Shown: positions 28,390 to 38,712, counted from the first letter of the stretch. The stretch is 64,000 bases of DNA from Nitrospira sp. (GCA_047150005.1 AP038806.1:2656001-2720000); one strand, 5' to 3'. The notes: generated by a model from the letters alone, not told the origin. Made by a program: numbers and translations.

Positions 28390-29250
28390 TCACGTGGGAA
28401 CGGCGAGGAGGGGGGATCGCGCGGCCCGTAAGACCCGCTCGGTGGTGCTGCCTCTGAGCATGTCGATCACGCTGTGGTGTCCGGCCGTCGTCATCACGAT
28501 CAAGTCCACGTCGAAATCCTGACCGGCTGCCACGATCCAGTCCACGGCATTGCCCTTGGCAATCAGCCGTTCCCATCGCCAACCCGGTTGCGCAGGTTTG
28601 TTGATTTTCGGGAAGGTCGTTTCGTCTCCCAAGTAGACCAGTTCGAACAGGACCTTTTCCGCCCCGAGCGCGCCGGCCAATTCAACCGCCGCATCGATCG
28701 CCGGTTGAGGATCGGGATGGCTGGCGACGGGAATGAGAATCCGCTCGAGCTTGATGGCGCCGGTCTGCGCCGATACAAATCCGTCGATGCCGGCCGGAAC
28801 GAACAAGGTGTTGACGTGCGCGCCGCGCGCAACCGGTTCGGCCACCGCCTCATGGGTCAGACGGGCCAGTCCTTCCCGCTGATGGGTTGACATCACCAGG
28901 AGATCGGCCGGCTGCAGGGCGAGTTGCCGGAGGATGGCCGCGGCCGCGTGCTCGGCTAGGGCGCGCACTTTGCTGATATGGATGCCCAGTCGGAGGACTT
29001 CCTCTTTGGTGCTTCCCTCCGGCAATAGACCCCATTGCTGAAGCATCGGCCGGACGCGGGGAAAGTCGTCGAAGTTCTCGGGGCCCACATGCATGATCGT
29101 CAGGTTGGCCTGCGCCAGGCAGGTCAGCTTCAACGCGTGGGCAAACGCCGCCTGCTCCCTGGCGGCGCGATCCGTCGGATGGAAGATTTGGCGCAGGGAG
29201 AGGGGCGATCGGGGTGATTCGTTCGACATCACCGCCGACGTCTCTCCCAT
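28390..29250 (-). CDS. Tandem-domain universal stress protein
   Basis: IFHPTD, ADLLVMSTH, VDLIVMTTAG, GSTTERVLRAARSPLLAVP; extended -10 TGCTATAGT at 29324-29332 (minus strand). Confidence 0.88.
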   Translation of the reverse strand: MGETSAVMSNESPRSPLSLRQIFHPTDRAAREQAAFAHALKLTCLAQANLTIMHVGPENFDDFPRVRPMLQQWGLLPEGSTKEEVLRLGIHISKVRALAEHAAAAILRQLALQPADLLVMSTHQREGLARLTHEAVAEPVARGAHVNTLFVPAGIDGFVSAQTGAIKLERILIPVASHPDPQPAIDAAVELAGALGAEKVLFELVYLGDETTFPKINKPAQPGWRWERLIAKGNAVDWIVAAGQDFDVDLIVMTTAGHHSVIDMLRGSTTERVLRAARSPLLAVPT

Positions 29251-29443
29251 TGCTCGGGCTGGGTGATCAGATTCCGCATTCCTGCTCGCGTGTGAACGGG
29301 TTCTCCAGCAATCGGCGAGTCTGACTATAGCATAGGAATTTCCGTGACTGGAAAGGCTTTCTGAGAAACCGACGTGCCGGCAAGTGTCGACGCACCGGCG
29401 CGGGCCGGCCTGGAGGCGGAGCGGCCTCCGGGTCGCCAGGCGA

Positions 29444-29850
29444 TCAGTCGTTCCACAAACGCTGGTACCAGGCTTTTTCCTCCGGCACGGCGACGGCGGC
29501 GATGTTCATCGCCTTGCGGATGTCGCCGATGTTCCAGCCGGTCAGCGTCGCCAGAGTTTCGGCTTGGCGTTCGTCTCTCTCACCTCGTTGCCGCCGGTAG
29601 GCGGCCGCGGCCTGACACTCGTCCGTGCCGGTCCAGGGATGCCGGAGAATGTATCGGGCCTGGAAGTTCGACCGGTCTGACGTTTCCTGAAAGAGCAAGT
29701 CTTCCGGAAAGTGGGTCGCGTCGTAGCGGACGTGCAGTGGTGTCAGGAAGACGTTCCTATGTCCGGTTCCTCCGGCTCGGCGGATGCGCAGTCCGGCATC
29801 TTGAACGAGACCAGCATCTGCTGCGCTGTCCAGGGGGAACACCTAGATAC
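29444..29850 (-). pseudogene. 3' remnant of a DUF2330-family gene
   Basis: NVFLTPLHVRYDATHFPEDLLFQETSDRSNFQARYILRHPW...LATLTGW; no N-terminal part and no credible RBS. Confidence 0.7.
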
Positions 29851-29969
29851 CCGGCATTGACAACGAATTTTGGCTCGCGCGAGAATCGGCGCGTGCCGGG
29901 CGAAGGTGTCGGCGGGATCCGGCGCCGGATTCCGACCGGTCACATCACCTCTGAATAGGAGCGATTACC

Positions 29970-30440
29970 ATGGACGCGCCCAGACCGCCGCTGCCGCCCT
30001 TCAATGAGCACACCGCCGCGCAGAAGGTCCGCGCGGCTGAAGACGCCTGGAATACCCGCGACCCTCACCTGGTATCCCTGGCCTATACCCCGGATAGCGT
30101 GTGGCGCAATCGGGCGGAGTTCTTCAGCGGGCGTGAGGCAATCGTGGAGTTCTTGACGAGGAAGTGGAATAAAGAACTGGACTACCGGCTCATTAAGGAA
30201 CTCTGGGCGTTCCGCGATAACCGGATCGCGGTGCGGTTCGCCTACGAATGGCATGACGATGTAGGCCAGTGGTATCGGTCCTATGGTAACGAGAATTGGG
30301 AGTTCGACGAACACGGTTTCATGCGTCGCCGGATCGCAAGCATCAACGATCTCCCTATTAGCGAGCAGAACCGCAAATACCATTGGACTCTGGGGCGGCG
30401 TCCGGACGGCCATCCAGGACTTTCCGATCTCGGTCTGTGA
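29970..30440 (+). CDS. SnoaL/NTF2-like DUF1348 protein
   Basis: [58 protein letters not shown]. Confidence 0.92.
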   Translation: MDAPRPPLPPFNEHTAAQKVRAAEDAWNTRDPHLVSLAYTPDSVWRNRAEFFSGREAIVEFLTRKWNKELDYRLIKELWAFRDNRIAVRFAYEWHDDVGQWYRSYGNENWEFDEHGFMRRRIASINDLPISEQNRKYHWTLGRRPDGHPGLSDLGL

Positions 30441-30465
30441 CCCTGCGCAACGACAGGCGCTCTTC

Positions 30466-30726
30466 AGCCAGAAGGAGATCGTCGATGGCCGCCTGATTAT
30501 ACTCGCCACGGCGCAGCGATTTGCGGTGGAGGTCGAGCATTTTATAGCGCAAGACTTGAAAGGCCAGAGGGACCAGTTCGGCCGGCTCTACAACCGCCGG
30601 GTACTTTTCGTGGAGGACCGTGAGGACTTCTTGGGTCAGATCTTCGGCGCGATCTCTCGATACCCATGATGTCGCGAAGGCGAGGATCCTTTCACGGAGG
30701 GCGGTGAGTGTCTGCTCTCGATCCAT
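30466..30726 (-). pseudogene. Truncated ECF sigma-70 factor (region 2 only)
   Basis: AEDLTQEVL and FQVLRYKMLDLHRK region-2 motifs; after about residue 87 the frame runs antisense into the DUF1348 gene with no region-4 HTH. Confidence 0.7.
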
Positions 30727-30732
30727 GTAGAG

Positions 30733-31791
30733 TTATTGCCGGAGGTCGGAGTGTCCGATGATATCCCCGAATGAACGGAATCCGATGCCGAGGCCGCGGC
30801 ACACGGCTTCCTGCCGGTCAAAGCGGTTCCTTGTTCGGATGATCCGGCGGAGCCGTCCGAGCCCCACTCGGCCCCAGGCGGGAAGATGGAATACCGACAG
30901 AGGGTAGTCCGTCCCGAACAACAGGCGTGGGTGAATGGCGGGGTGCCGCCGCAACAGCAGCAGCATGCGGAGGCGGTTGGGAAGTGTCAATGCGGAGATA
31001 TCAGCGTAAAAATTCGGATAGACATCAATAAACCGGAGGAGCGTGGGAAGAAACCGCTCATACAGCATGAGCCCGTAGCTGCAGGCATGCGCGGCGATGA
31101 CCGTGACGCCCTCCTCCAACGGCACGCGCAAATGGTCAGGGTTACCGACCGACTGGTCCTTGCCGATGAGGCTGAACTCATAGCCCACATGGCTCAGCAA
31201 TGGGAGACGGCGTTCGGCGAGCGCCCGGTAGAAGGCGCAGTAGCGTCGATCGGCGGGGTTGAATTGTTGCGCGTTCGGCAGAACCTTGACGAGCGCGGCA
31301 CCTGCGTCGGCACAGCGATGGACTTCATCTATGGCGTCGCGCCGCTGCGGATTGATCGAGACGCCGGCCAGGGTTTCTTCATGGTTGGTCCTGACGGTCT
31401 GCAGGACATAGTCGTTGCTGATGAGAAAATCGGTTTGCCCGAGGTTCGGACGGCCTTGGTGGTCGTACACGCCGTCTATGGCTAGTAGTACGGCTTTACG
31501 GACGGTTTTCGATTCTCGTAGCTCGGTGAGCAAGTCTTGCAGATACTTCGTGTTGGTTTCGCGCGGCCTGTCGGGGTTCAGGGTATGCTTCCACAGCAGA
31601 AACCGGAACAGCGGGCTCTTGAGCATCTTCGGCGAGATATAGCAGCCGTTGTCGCCTTCCGGTAGCGCCGCCAGATGTACGTGGCAGTCGATGAGGGACT
31701 TCTCCTGCGGCGTAGTCCGCAGGGGCGTATCTCGTCGCTCGTCGGTCGTAGCTCGAAGGCTGCGCTTAACGGATGACGCTTCACGCTTCAC
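30733..31791 (-). CDS. Amidohydrolase_2-family metal-dependent hydrolase; start uncertain
   Basis: IDCHVH, SINP, HVG, IAAHA, YADIS, FGTDYP. Confidence 0.85.
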   Translation of the reverse strand: MKREASSVKRSLRATTDERRDTPLRTTPQEKSLIDCHVHLAALPEGDNGCYISPKMLKSPLFRFLLWKHTLNPDRPRETNTKYLQDLLTELRESKTVRKAVLLAIDGVYDHQGRPNLGQTDFLISNDYVLQTVRTNHEETLAGVSINPQRRDAIDEVHRCADAGAALVKVLPNAQQFNPADRRYCAFYRALAERRLPLLSHVGYEFSLIGKDQSVGNPDHLRVPLEEGVTVIAAHACSYGLMLYERFLPTLLRFIDVYPNFYADISALTLPNRLRMLLLLRRHPAIHPRLLFGTDYPLSVFHLPAWGRVGLGRLRRIIRTRNRFDRQEAVCRGLGIGFRSFGDIIGHSDLRQ

Positions 31792-31792
31792 G
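31726..31792. repeat. Composite heptamer repeat at the aas/amidohydrolase junction
   Basis: CGTATCT CGTCGCT CGTCGGT CGTAGCT ... CGCTTAA CGGATGA CGCTTCA CGCTTCA CG. Confidence 0.8.
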
Positions 31793-34700
31793 AGTCTGAA
31801 GTCGCTCCATCGCGATGCGTTTGAGGCTGCGCAAGTCCATTTTCCCGGTTCCGAGCACCGGCAGCGCGTCGACCTTGAGGCAATTGCCACGGGCTGGAAT
31901 GAAGAGATTGGGCAATCCATCGTCGGCCAGTTTGGCCAAAATCGGCGGGATCTTCTCTTCGTCCACCGTGTGCAGGACGACCAGTTGCTCGCCTTTTCGG
32001 CTGTCCGGGACACCGGTGACGGCAAAACTCTGGGTATCGAGTCCCGCAGCCTGGTGCAGGGCCTCCTCGACTTTTCCATGGGGCACCATCTCGCCGCCGA
32101 TCTTGGAGAATCGAGACAACCGATCGGTAATGGTCAGGAACCCGTCGTCGTCCAAGAGCGCGAGATCGCCGGTGACGTACCAGCCGTCCCGCAGGGCTTC
32201 GGCGGTGAGATCGTCGCGGCCGAGATAGCCTTTCATGACGTTCGGCCCCTTCACGAGCAGCATGCCGGCCGTGCCGTCCGGCGACGGGGCAAACGTCTCC
32301 GGATCGACGATCCGCACGGAGACGCCGGGCAGCGGTTGGCCCACCGTGCCCCGTCGCGACCCCGGCTGATAATAGCCGGCCGCCCGGTAGTCCGGGCAAT
32401 TGACGGCGATGACCGGCGCGCATTCCGTGACGCCGTACCCCTCGATTGGACCGATGCCGAACTTGTCTTCCACCGCCTGGGCCAGACGCGCCGGCAGCTT
32501 CTCCGCGCCCGTCAGGATGACGCGCAGGGAGCTAAACTGTTCCGGCGTGCACCGCTTCAGATACAGCTGTAGGAAGGTCGGGGTAGTCACCAAGAACGTG
32601 ATCCGATACCGGCGGATCAAGTCGCCGATCGCCGCGGCGTCGAGCGGGGAGGGATGAAACACGAGGCCGGCGTTGTTGAACATGACGAGCCAGAAGACCA
32701 GATAGCCGAACGAGTGGAAGAAGGGCAGAATGCCGAGGATCCGCTCCTTCTCGTAGAGATGGAGTACCTGGCTGGCGGCTTGGGCGTTGGCGTCCACCGA
32801 GAAGTGGGACAGCATGACGCCTTTCGGCTCACCCGTGCTCCCGCTGCTGAAGATGATCGTGGTCAGATCGTCCATCGACGGCGTTCTCTCGGCGCCGCAG
32901 ATCCGTTCGATCATGCGGGCCGGCGCCGCCGTGGCCAGGACGGCGGCGGCGAGTTTTTGCGCGGTCCCGATCGTCTCCCGCACATCCTCCAACCAGATAA
33001 CGGACGGACCGTCCGGCAGGGTGAGCTTCGCTTTCTCGACGAACAACCTGCTGGTCACGATGGTGCGGATGCCGGCCATCCGCACCGCCGCCTCCAGGCC
33101 TGTCTTGCCGACCGTGTAGTTCAGATTCACGGTGGTCTTGCCGCACAACGGTGCCGCGACGTTTACCAGGCCTGCCGCCACGGTCGGTGGGAGCAGCACC
33201 CCGACTCGGTCCTGCCCCTTCCATTCGCGGCTCAGGCGTTTGGCCAGCACGATCGAACCGATGAGCGCTTGGAAGTAGGAGAGGTGTGGGCGTTGCTGGT
33301 CGGCCATCGCGAACCGGAACGGATAGCGTCGCGCGGCCTTGATGAACTGCCGGTGCAGCGGGAGACGGTCGCCTTTGCGCAGGTACCAAGCCTCTTCCCC
33401 AAGAGCGCGAATCGCCTGGCGGATGCCGCGGACGTCGGTATCGGCCGCTATCGGCCGGCCGAAAGACACGGTGACGGGATAGGGCAGTTGTTCCGGCCAC
33501 TTCCACAGAACCCGGCCGTCGTTGAAACTGAAGATGCTTCCCCAGACACGGTCCAGATGCACCGGAATGATGGGCGCTGTCCGACCCTTCATGATGCGCT
33601 CGAATCCGCGGCGGAACGGCAGCAGTGTGCCCGTTCGTGTGATCTGTCCCTCGGGAAACATGCAGACCAGCTCGCCCTGATCGATCGCGGCTCCCGCATC
33701 ACGCAGCGCGCGCAGCACGACTCGCAAGCCGCCTTCGGACGAGATGGGGATCACGCCGAGGCGTTTCATGAAGGGCTTGAGGAGCGCGTGGTCCGCATAG
33801 CGCTGGTCGACGAGGAAACGCACGGGGCGGTCGAGGCTTGCGATCAGCAGGAAGCCGTCGATGAACGAGACGTGGTTGGGAACCAGCAAGGCGCCTCCCG
33901 TTGCCGGGATCTGCTCATGTCCGCGGATCCGGAGCCGATAGAGGGTGTTCGTCGCGATCACCAGGATGACGCGCAGCAGTGCCTCGGGCAGCAGCCGGAG
34001 CGCCCATCCGGTTCCGGCGACGGTCAAGGCGGCCGTGGCGAGGAAGATTCCGGTCGTGGACACACCGCCGGCGGCCAGCGCTCCGGCGCCGAGCGATCCC
34101 AAGAGGATGCCGGTAAAGACGCAGGTATTTTCAAACGCGATGACCGATCCTCGGCGATCCGCCGGGGCCCGCCACTGGATCAAGGCGTTCAGCGGTACGA
34201 AGATCAGCGCGCTGGACATGCCCAAGGGCACCATCATGGCGAGCGTGGCCCCGAGGCCCGGCGCGAACAGGCCGAGCGCGGACAATATGACCGCGACGCC
34301 GAGCGCGCCCAGCGGGATCAATCCGTACTCCACGCGGCCCTGCGAGAGCCGGCCGGCCAATCGCGCCCCGATTCCGATCCCGATCGAGAGCAGCATCAGG
34401 GGCAATCCGGATTGCCAATCGGAGACGCCCAGCACCGCCTTGGCGTAAACGAGGATGTCCTGGGCAAACAGGCTGGCGATGGTCCAGAAGAACACGGCCC
34501 CCATGACTGCCAAGCGGAGCATGCGGTCCCTGGAAAGCGCGGACCAAGCGCCGCGCAATGTATTCGCCAGACCTCCCTCCGCTCGCGCCGGAGGGACGCG
34601 GGGAATCGTCCAGGCTGCGGTGAAGCCGACGAGCGACAGCCCCCATAAGGTCAGTGGGGCGACCCAGATGGCCTCGCCGGTCAGCGACATCAAGATTCCC

Positions 34701-35203
34701 GGGGCCGCGGTGCCGGTGAGGATTGCGAAGAACGTCCACATCTCCAATCGCCCGTTGCCGGCTGCCAGCCGCTCGTGCGGCACCAGCTCGGCAAGGATGC
34801 CGTACTTGGCCGGGCTGAAGAGGGCGCTGTGCACCCCCATCCCTCCGAGCACGATCAGCGGCAGGATCCCACCGGCCGGATTGAGCCAGAGGGCCAGCGT
34901 GGCGATCGCCATCAAAAGGATTTCCACCCCTTTCATGACGATGATGACGGTGCGTTTGCTGACCCGGTCGGCCAGGAGTCCGGCGACAAGCGAGACAAGG
35001 GCGAGGGGAAGGGTGAAGACGACGAACGCGAGCGTCGTTTGCGCCTGAGAAGCCGCCTCAAGCTCAGGACCCGGTGCAATAACCGCCGAGAGCTGGCGGA
35101 TGCTCAGCAGGGCGACCATCAGCTTCCAGGCGTTGTCGTTGAATGCCCCGCAGAATTGGGCGATCAGGAGTCCGCGGAGGGAGTGGTGAGAGGTCGGCGT
35201 CAT
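31781..35203 (-). CDS. aas: MFS (LplT-like) / acyltransferase / acyl-ACP synthetase fusion
   Basis: AQFCGAFNDN MFS start; NHVSFID and FPEG acyltransferase motifs; FSSGSTGEPKG, EGYGVTE, TGD AMP-binding motifs. Confidence 0.93.
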   Translation of the reverse strand: MTPTSHHSLRGLLIAQFCGAFNDNAWKLMVALLSIRQLSAVIAPGPELEAASQAQTTLAFVVFTLPLALVSLVAGLLADRVSKRTVIIVMKGVEILLMAIATLALWLNPAGGILPLIVLGGMGVHSALFSPAKYGILAELVPHERLAAGNGRLEMWTFFAILTGTAAPGILMSLTGEAIWVAPLTLWGLSLVGFTAAWTIPRVPPARAEGGLANTLRGAWSALSRDRMLRLAVMGAVFFWTIASLFAQDILVYAKAVLGVSDWQSGLPLMLLSIGIGIGARLAGRLSQGRVEYGLIPLGALGVAVILSALGLFAPGLGATLAMMVPLGMSSALIFVPLNALIQWRAPADRRGSVIAFENTCVFTGILLGSLGAGALAAGGVSTTGIFLATAALTVAGTGWALRLLPEALLRVILVIATNTLYRLRIRGHEQIPATGGALLVPNHVSFIDGFLLIASLDRPVRFLVDQRYADHALLKPFMKRLGVIPISSEGGLRVVLRALRDAGAAIDQGELVCMFPEGQITRTGTLLPFRRGFERIMKGRTAPIIPVHLDRVWGSIFSFNDGRVLWKWPEQLPYPVTVSFGRPIAADTDVRGIRQAIRALGEEAWYLRKGDRLPLHRQFIKAARRYPFRFAMADQQRPHLSYFQALIGSIVLAKRLSREWKGQDRVGVLLPPTVAAGLVNVAAPLCGKTTVNLNYTVGKTGLEAAVRMAGIRTIVTSRLFVEKAKLTLPDGPSVIWLEDVRETIGTAQKLAAAVLATAAPARMIERICGAERTPSMDDLTTIIFSSGSTGEPKGVMLSHFSVDANAQAASQVLHLYEKERILGILPFFHSFGYLVFWLVMFNNAGLVFHPSPLDAAAIGDLIRRYRITFLVTTPTFLQLYLKRCTPEQFSSLRVILTGAEKLPARLAQAVEDKFGIGPIEGYGVTECAPVIAVNCPDYRAAGYYQPGSRRGTVGQPLPGVSVRIVDPETFAPSPDGTAGMLLVKGPNVMKGYLGRDDLTAEALRDGWYVTGDLALLDDDGFLTITDRLSRFSKIGGEMVPHGKVEEALHQAAGLDTQSFAVTGVPDSRKGEQLVVLHTVDEEKIPPILAKLADDGLPNLFIPARGNCLKVDALPVLGTGKMDLRSLKRIAMERLQTREA

Positions 35204-35423
35204 CGATCAGATCAAAGTAATCCGCATACGGTCGGACAAATATGGAGGAAGCAGAGCAAAACGTCAAAGGAAACCGAGGGAGGGAGTGCCGGCGAAGAGA
35301 CCGTTACGTATGCGCGGATTCGTGGTGTGGGGAAAACGAAGAACTGCGCTCTGCCAGGAATCGAGACGTGATGAAAGGTGGTTGGTAGGTAGCAGCAAAA
35401 CCTAAATCACCGTCTGATAATCT

Positions 35424-37250
35424 TCAACCTTCTTCGCTTCCGGTTTTCGGCACAGGCAATCCTTCCAACTCCATAATCTTCAGCGCGTTGGTCGTCGGGC
35501 AGGGACCGGGGCGAAGCTTGTAATCGAACGACAGCGCGCCGCCGGTCACCGTCTCCTGAAAATGGGCGTTGATCAGAGACGGAATGTCCTTCTCGAGGTC
35601 CGTCAGTTCCAGATCGTGCGTGCTCACGAGCCCAAAGCCGTTTCCCGTCGACAACGCCGTGATATAAGCCCGGCTGCCGATCAAGCGTTCCCGGTTGTTC
35701 GTGCCCTTGAAGATTTCGTCGATGAGAAACAGCACGGGCGGCGCGGTGCGGTTGCCGATCGCGTCGAGAATGGTCTTGAGGCGTTTGACTTCGGCATAGA
35801 AAAAGGAGAGGCCCGCATCGAGGGAATCGTCGACGCGGATACAGCAGGCGAGCCGGCACGGCGACCAGTCGAGCCGCGTCGCGCAGACCGGCGCCCCTGC
35901 CTGGGCGAGGCAGAGATTGATGCCGATCGTCCGCAAGAACGTGCTCTTGCCCGACATGTTGGAACCGGTGATCAGATGGATGGAGCCGAGGCCGGCCAAC
36001 TGGAGATCGTTGGCGACGCGATTCCCGGCTGAGATGAGCGGATGGGCCAGGGCGGAGGCACGGACGGCCGTATCGGTCGTTCGTGACGGCCAGACGTAGG
36101 TCGGGTGCAGGAAGGCAAAGGTTGCCAATGCCGATGCGGCTTCCACTTCGGCCAGCCGATCGAGCCAGACGGGAAGCTGCTGCGAGATGTCTTTCTGTAC
36201 GGTGCGCAGTTGCCTGGTGAACCACAGATCCCACGGGCAGAGTGCGTTCACGGCCAGGTGAATCAGGGGGTGTGCCTTGACACTGATGCCGTGGAGTGCC
36301 TTGGCGGCGCGTTTCACCGAGGCCGAGGGACCGCGCCGGTCGTGCAGGAGCGGTGCGCAGGCCTCTCCCAGCGCCGACCGGCGGCCACGCGCGCGACGTT
36401 CCAGATAGCCGAGCACGACTCCCAAACGTTCCATTTCGCCGTGCAGGCCGACCGCATGTTCCAGCAGTTCTTCTCCCTGGTCCGTCATCAGGTAGATGAC
36501 GGCGTAGGCGCCGAAGGTGAACATCCAATAGCCGGGAAGCCAACCGAGCAATGTGCCCAAGCCCAGCAGCACGGTGGAGGCAGCCAGCACGCTCTGGATG
36601 GCGAGAATCAGAGACAGCCGAGGAAATCCGATCGGGTGGGTGAGTACAGCGGCGAGGCGGCGGCCGTTGATTTCCTGCTCACCGGTGAGGCGCGAGGCGA
36701 GCACGAGGCGGTCTCGAAAGAGCGAGTGAGGGGTCAATTCGTGAATCAGGCGCCGGCGGGTGTCCCATTCCTCGTCGGACGGAGGCTGCGTCAGCAGCCA
36801 GGAGGTCAGACGATCGCGGCCGTGGTCTGAGACGGTGGTGTCGAGCAGGTGCAACAACGAACGTGGGCCGACCAGATCGAGATCGTTCGCATAGGCGTGC
36901 GATTCCGGACGGGTCCCGGGCGGCGGCGGGATGGCGACCCAATCCAAGCGGATCCGAGCCAGGTGAACCGACTTGAGCGCATGCCACAGGCGCAACCTGT
37001 GAATCCGGTGTTCAAGCCTGCTATGATAAGACGCGATCAGCGCAAAGAGTACGACGAATCCCCCCAACGCCAGGTTGCCGGTCCGGTACCATTCGGTTTT
37101 GTAGAGCGCGACCGTGCAGATCAGGCCGGTAAGGAAGATCGCCAACCGCCACGTCGTATACGCTGAACTGGTTTTCGTGCCGCGGGCAATCAAGCGTTCG
37201 ACCGAGCCGAGAAGCCGCTGCAATTGGACTGCGCGCGAGAATGCCGCCAT
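35424..37250 (-). CDS. Membrane-anchored MutS-related protein (domain V ATPase only)
   Basis: N-terminal TMs; ITGSNMSGKSTFLR, SFFYAEV, DEIFKGTN, STHDLEL, FDYKL. Confidence 0.9.
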   Translation of the reverse strand: MAAFSRAVQLQRLLGSVERLIARGTKTSSAYTTWRLAIFLTGLICTVALYKTEWYRTGNLALGGFVVLFALIASYHSRLEHRIHRLRLWHALKSVHLARIRLDWVAIPPPPGTRPESHAYANDLDLVGPRSLLHLLDTTVSDHGRDRLTSWLLTQPPSDEEWDTRRRLIHELTPHSLFRDRLVLASRLTGEQEINGRRLAAVLTHPIGFPRLSLILAIQSVLAASTVLLGLGTLLGWLPGYWMFTFGAYAVIYLMTDQGEELLEHAVGLHGEMERLGVVLGYLERRARGRRSALGEACAPLLHDRRGPSASVKRAAKALHGISVKAHPLIHLAVNALCPWDLWFTRQLRTVQKDISQQLPVWLDRLAEVEAASALATFAFLHPTYVWPSRTTDTAVRASALAHPLISAGNRVANDLQLAGLGSIHLITGSNMSGKSTFLRTIGINLCLAQAGAPVCATRLDWSPCRLACCIRVDDSLDAGLSFFYAEVKRLKTILDAIGNRTAPPVLFLIDEIFKGTNNRERLIGSRAYITALSTGNGFGLVSTHDLELTDLEKDIPSLINAHFQETVTGGALSFDYKLRPGPCPTTNALKIMELEGLPVPKTGSEEG

Positions 37251-37279
37251 ACGTGATGGGACCTTACTGGAAGCCCGAC

Positions 37280-38152
37280 ATGCCGTCAACGCCTTGCGAC
37301 TGGGTCGACGTGCGCATCCTCTCCTGTCCCGACGCAGGCGAACTCCTGGGGGTGCTCGACGATCCGGACGTCGGAGGTGTCTGGGAAGACGGCGAGGCGG
37401 TGCATCTCTACTGGCCGAGTCTCCGCTGGTCCTCCGACCGGTTGGATCGGGTGCGGCTTGCGCTGCGGCGGCTGCGAGGCGAAGGACAACCGCTGCCGGA
37501 GATTCGGATCGACTCGCTGTCTCATCAAGACTGGAACCGTCAATGGGCCGAATCCGTCAAACCGTTGAGGATCGGACGGCGCATCGTCATCCGTCCGAGC
37601 TGGGAAGCGGTGGACGTGCGAGCCGATCAAATCGACATCGTGCTTGATCCCAAGCAGGCGTTCGGCACCGGCCATCATGCGACGACCAGGATGTTGCTGG
37701 AATGGCTCGAGACGCTGGCGCTGAACGGAGCGACCGTGCTCGACGTCGGGACCGGCAGCGGAATTCTGGCCATGGTGGCGCTGCGGCTGGGCGCCGTCCG
37801 AGCAGTCGGGCTCGATCACGATCCGATCGCCGTCGAATGCGCGCAGGGCTATGCACGCGAGAACCGGTTCGGTGAAGAGCTCACGCTCAGTTGCGGAACC
37901 CTGGCGCGGGGAGAGCGGTTCGACCTGGTCCTCGCGAATCTGGACGGCGCGACCTTGACGGGCTTGTCGGAGGAACTGGCGGCGGCGACCGGACGGAGGC
38001 TGCTCGTCTCGGGCCTGCTGCTTGATCAACGCCGTGAGACCGCCGAGGTGTTCGCGCGTGCCGGGCTCTACGATGGCGAGGCGCGCGAGCTCGACGGCTG
38101 GACGGCGATGGAATTCCTTCGCGCAGATGCCTGCGACGGGTCGGAGTCATGA
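37280..38152 (+). CDS. prmA: Ribosomal protein L11 methyltransferase
   Basis: DWNRQW, IRPSW, LDPKQAFGTGHHATT, LDVGTGSGILA. Confidence 0.88.
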   Translation: MPSTPCDWVDVRILSCPDAGELLGVLDDPDVGGVWEDGEAVHLYWPSLRWSSDRLDRVRLALRRLRGEGQPLPEIRIDSLSHQDWNRQWAESVKPLRIGRRIVIRPSWEAVDVRADQIDIVLDPKQAFGTGHHATTRMLLEWLETLALNGATVLDVGTGSGILAMVALRLGAVRAVGLDHDPIAVECAQGYARENRFGEELTLSCGTLARGERFDLVLANLDGATLTGLSEELAAATGRRLLVSGLLLDQRRETAEVFARAGLYDGEARELDGWTAMEFLRADACDGSES

Positions 38153-38637
38153 CCGGATCGAGCCGACCGTCCTATCCGCACGTGCATCAGATCAATGTGT
38201 CGGACGGAGGGATTCCCAAGTATCCTCTGCTCGAGGCGGTCGTGGGAAAAGAAGGCCTCGCGGGCGATGCCCAACGCAATCGAAAGCTTCATGGAGGACC
38301 TGAGCGGGCCGTCTGTCTGTATTCGCTCGATCTGATCGAGCGGTTGCAGGATGAAGGTCATCCCATCGATCCGGGGTCATCGGGCGAGAATCTGACGTTG
38401 GCCGGAGTTGAATGGTCGGACCTGGTGCCGGGAGTCAGGCTCAGTGTCGGACCGGAGGTGGAATTGGAAATCGCCAGCTATTGCGCGCCGTGCGACCTGA
38501 ATGCCCGGTGGTTTCGCGATCGAGACATCAGCCGGATTCATCAGGATAACAACCCTGGGTGGAGCCGTCTCTATGCCCGCGTTCTGAAAGGCGGCATCGT
38601 CAAGCCGGGCGACGCAGTCGAAGTAAAGCAGTTTTGA
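38149..38637 (+). CDS. MOSC-domain protein (YiiM-like)
   Basis: GLAGD, HGGPERAV, GENL, PC, YARVLKGGIVKPGD. Confidence 0.88.
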   Translation: MTGSSRPSYPHVHQINVSDGGIPKYPLLEAVVGKEGLAGDAQRNRKLHGGPERAVCLYSLDLIERLQDEGHPIDPGSSGENLTLAGVEWSDLVPGVRLSVGPEVELEIASYCAPCDLNARWFRDRDISRIHQDNNPGWSRLYARVLKGGIVKPGDAVEVKQF

Positions 38638-38712
38638 ATTGTTGGTGTTGAATATTTGGCTGCAAGGCATCACTCACAACGTAACATTGACAACGACAAA
38701 CTTGGTCGTTTG

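Noticed and set aside
35424..37250. Mismatch-repair mutS or a novel defence ATPase
   Set aside because: Lacks mismatch-recognition domains; membrane-anchored domain-V-only MutS homologues are a known family
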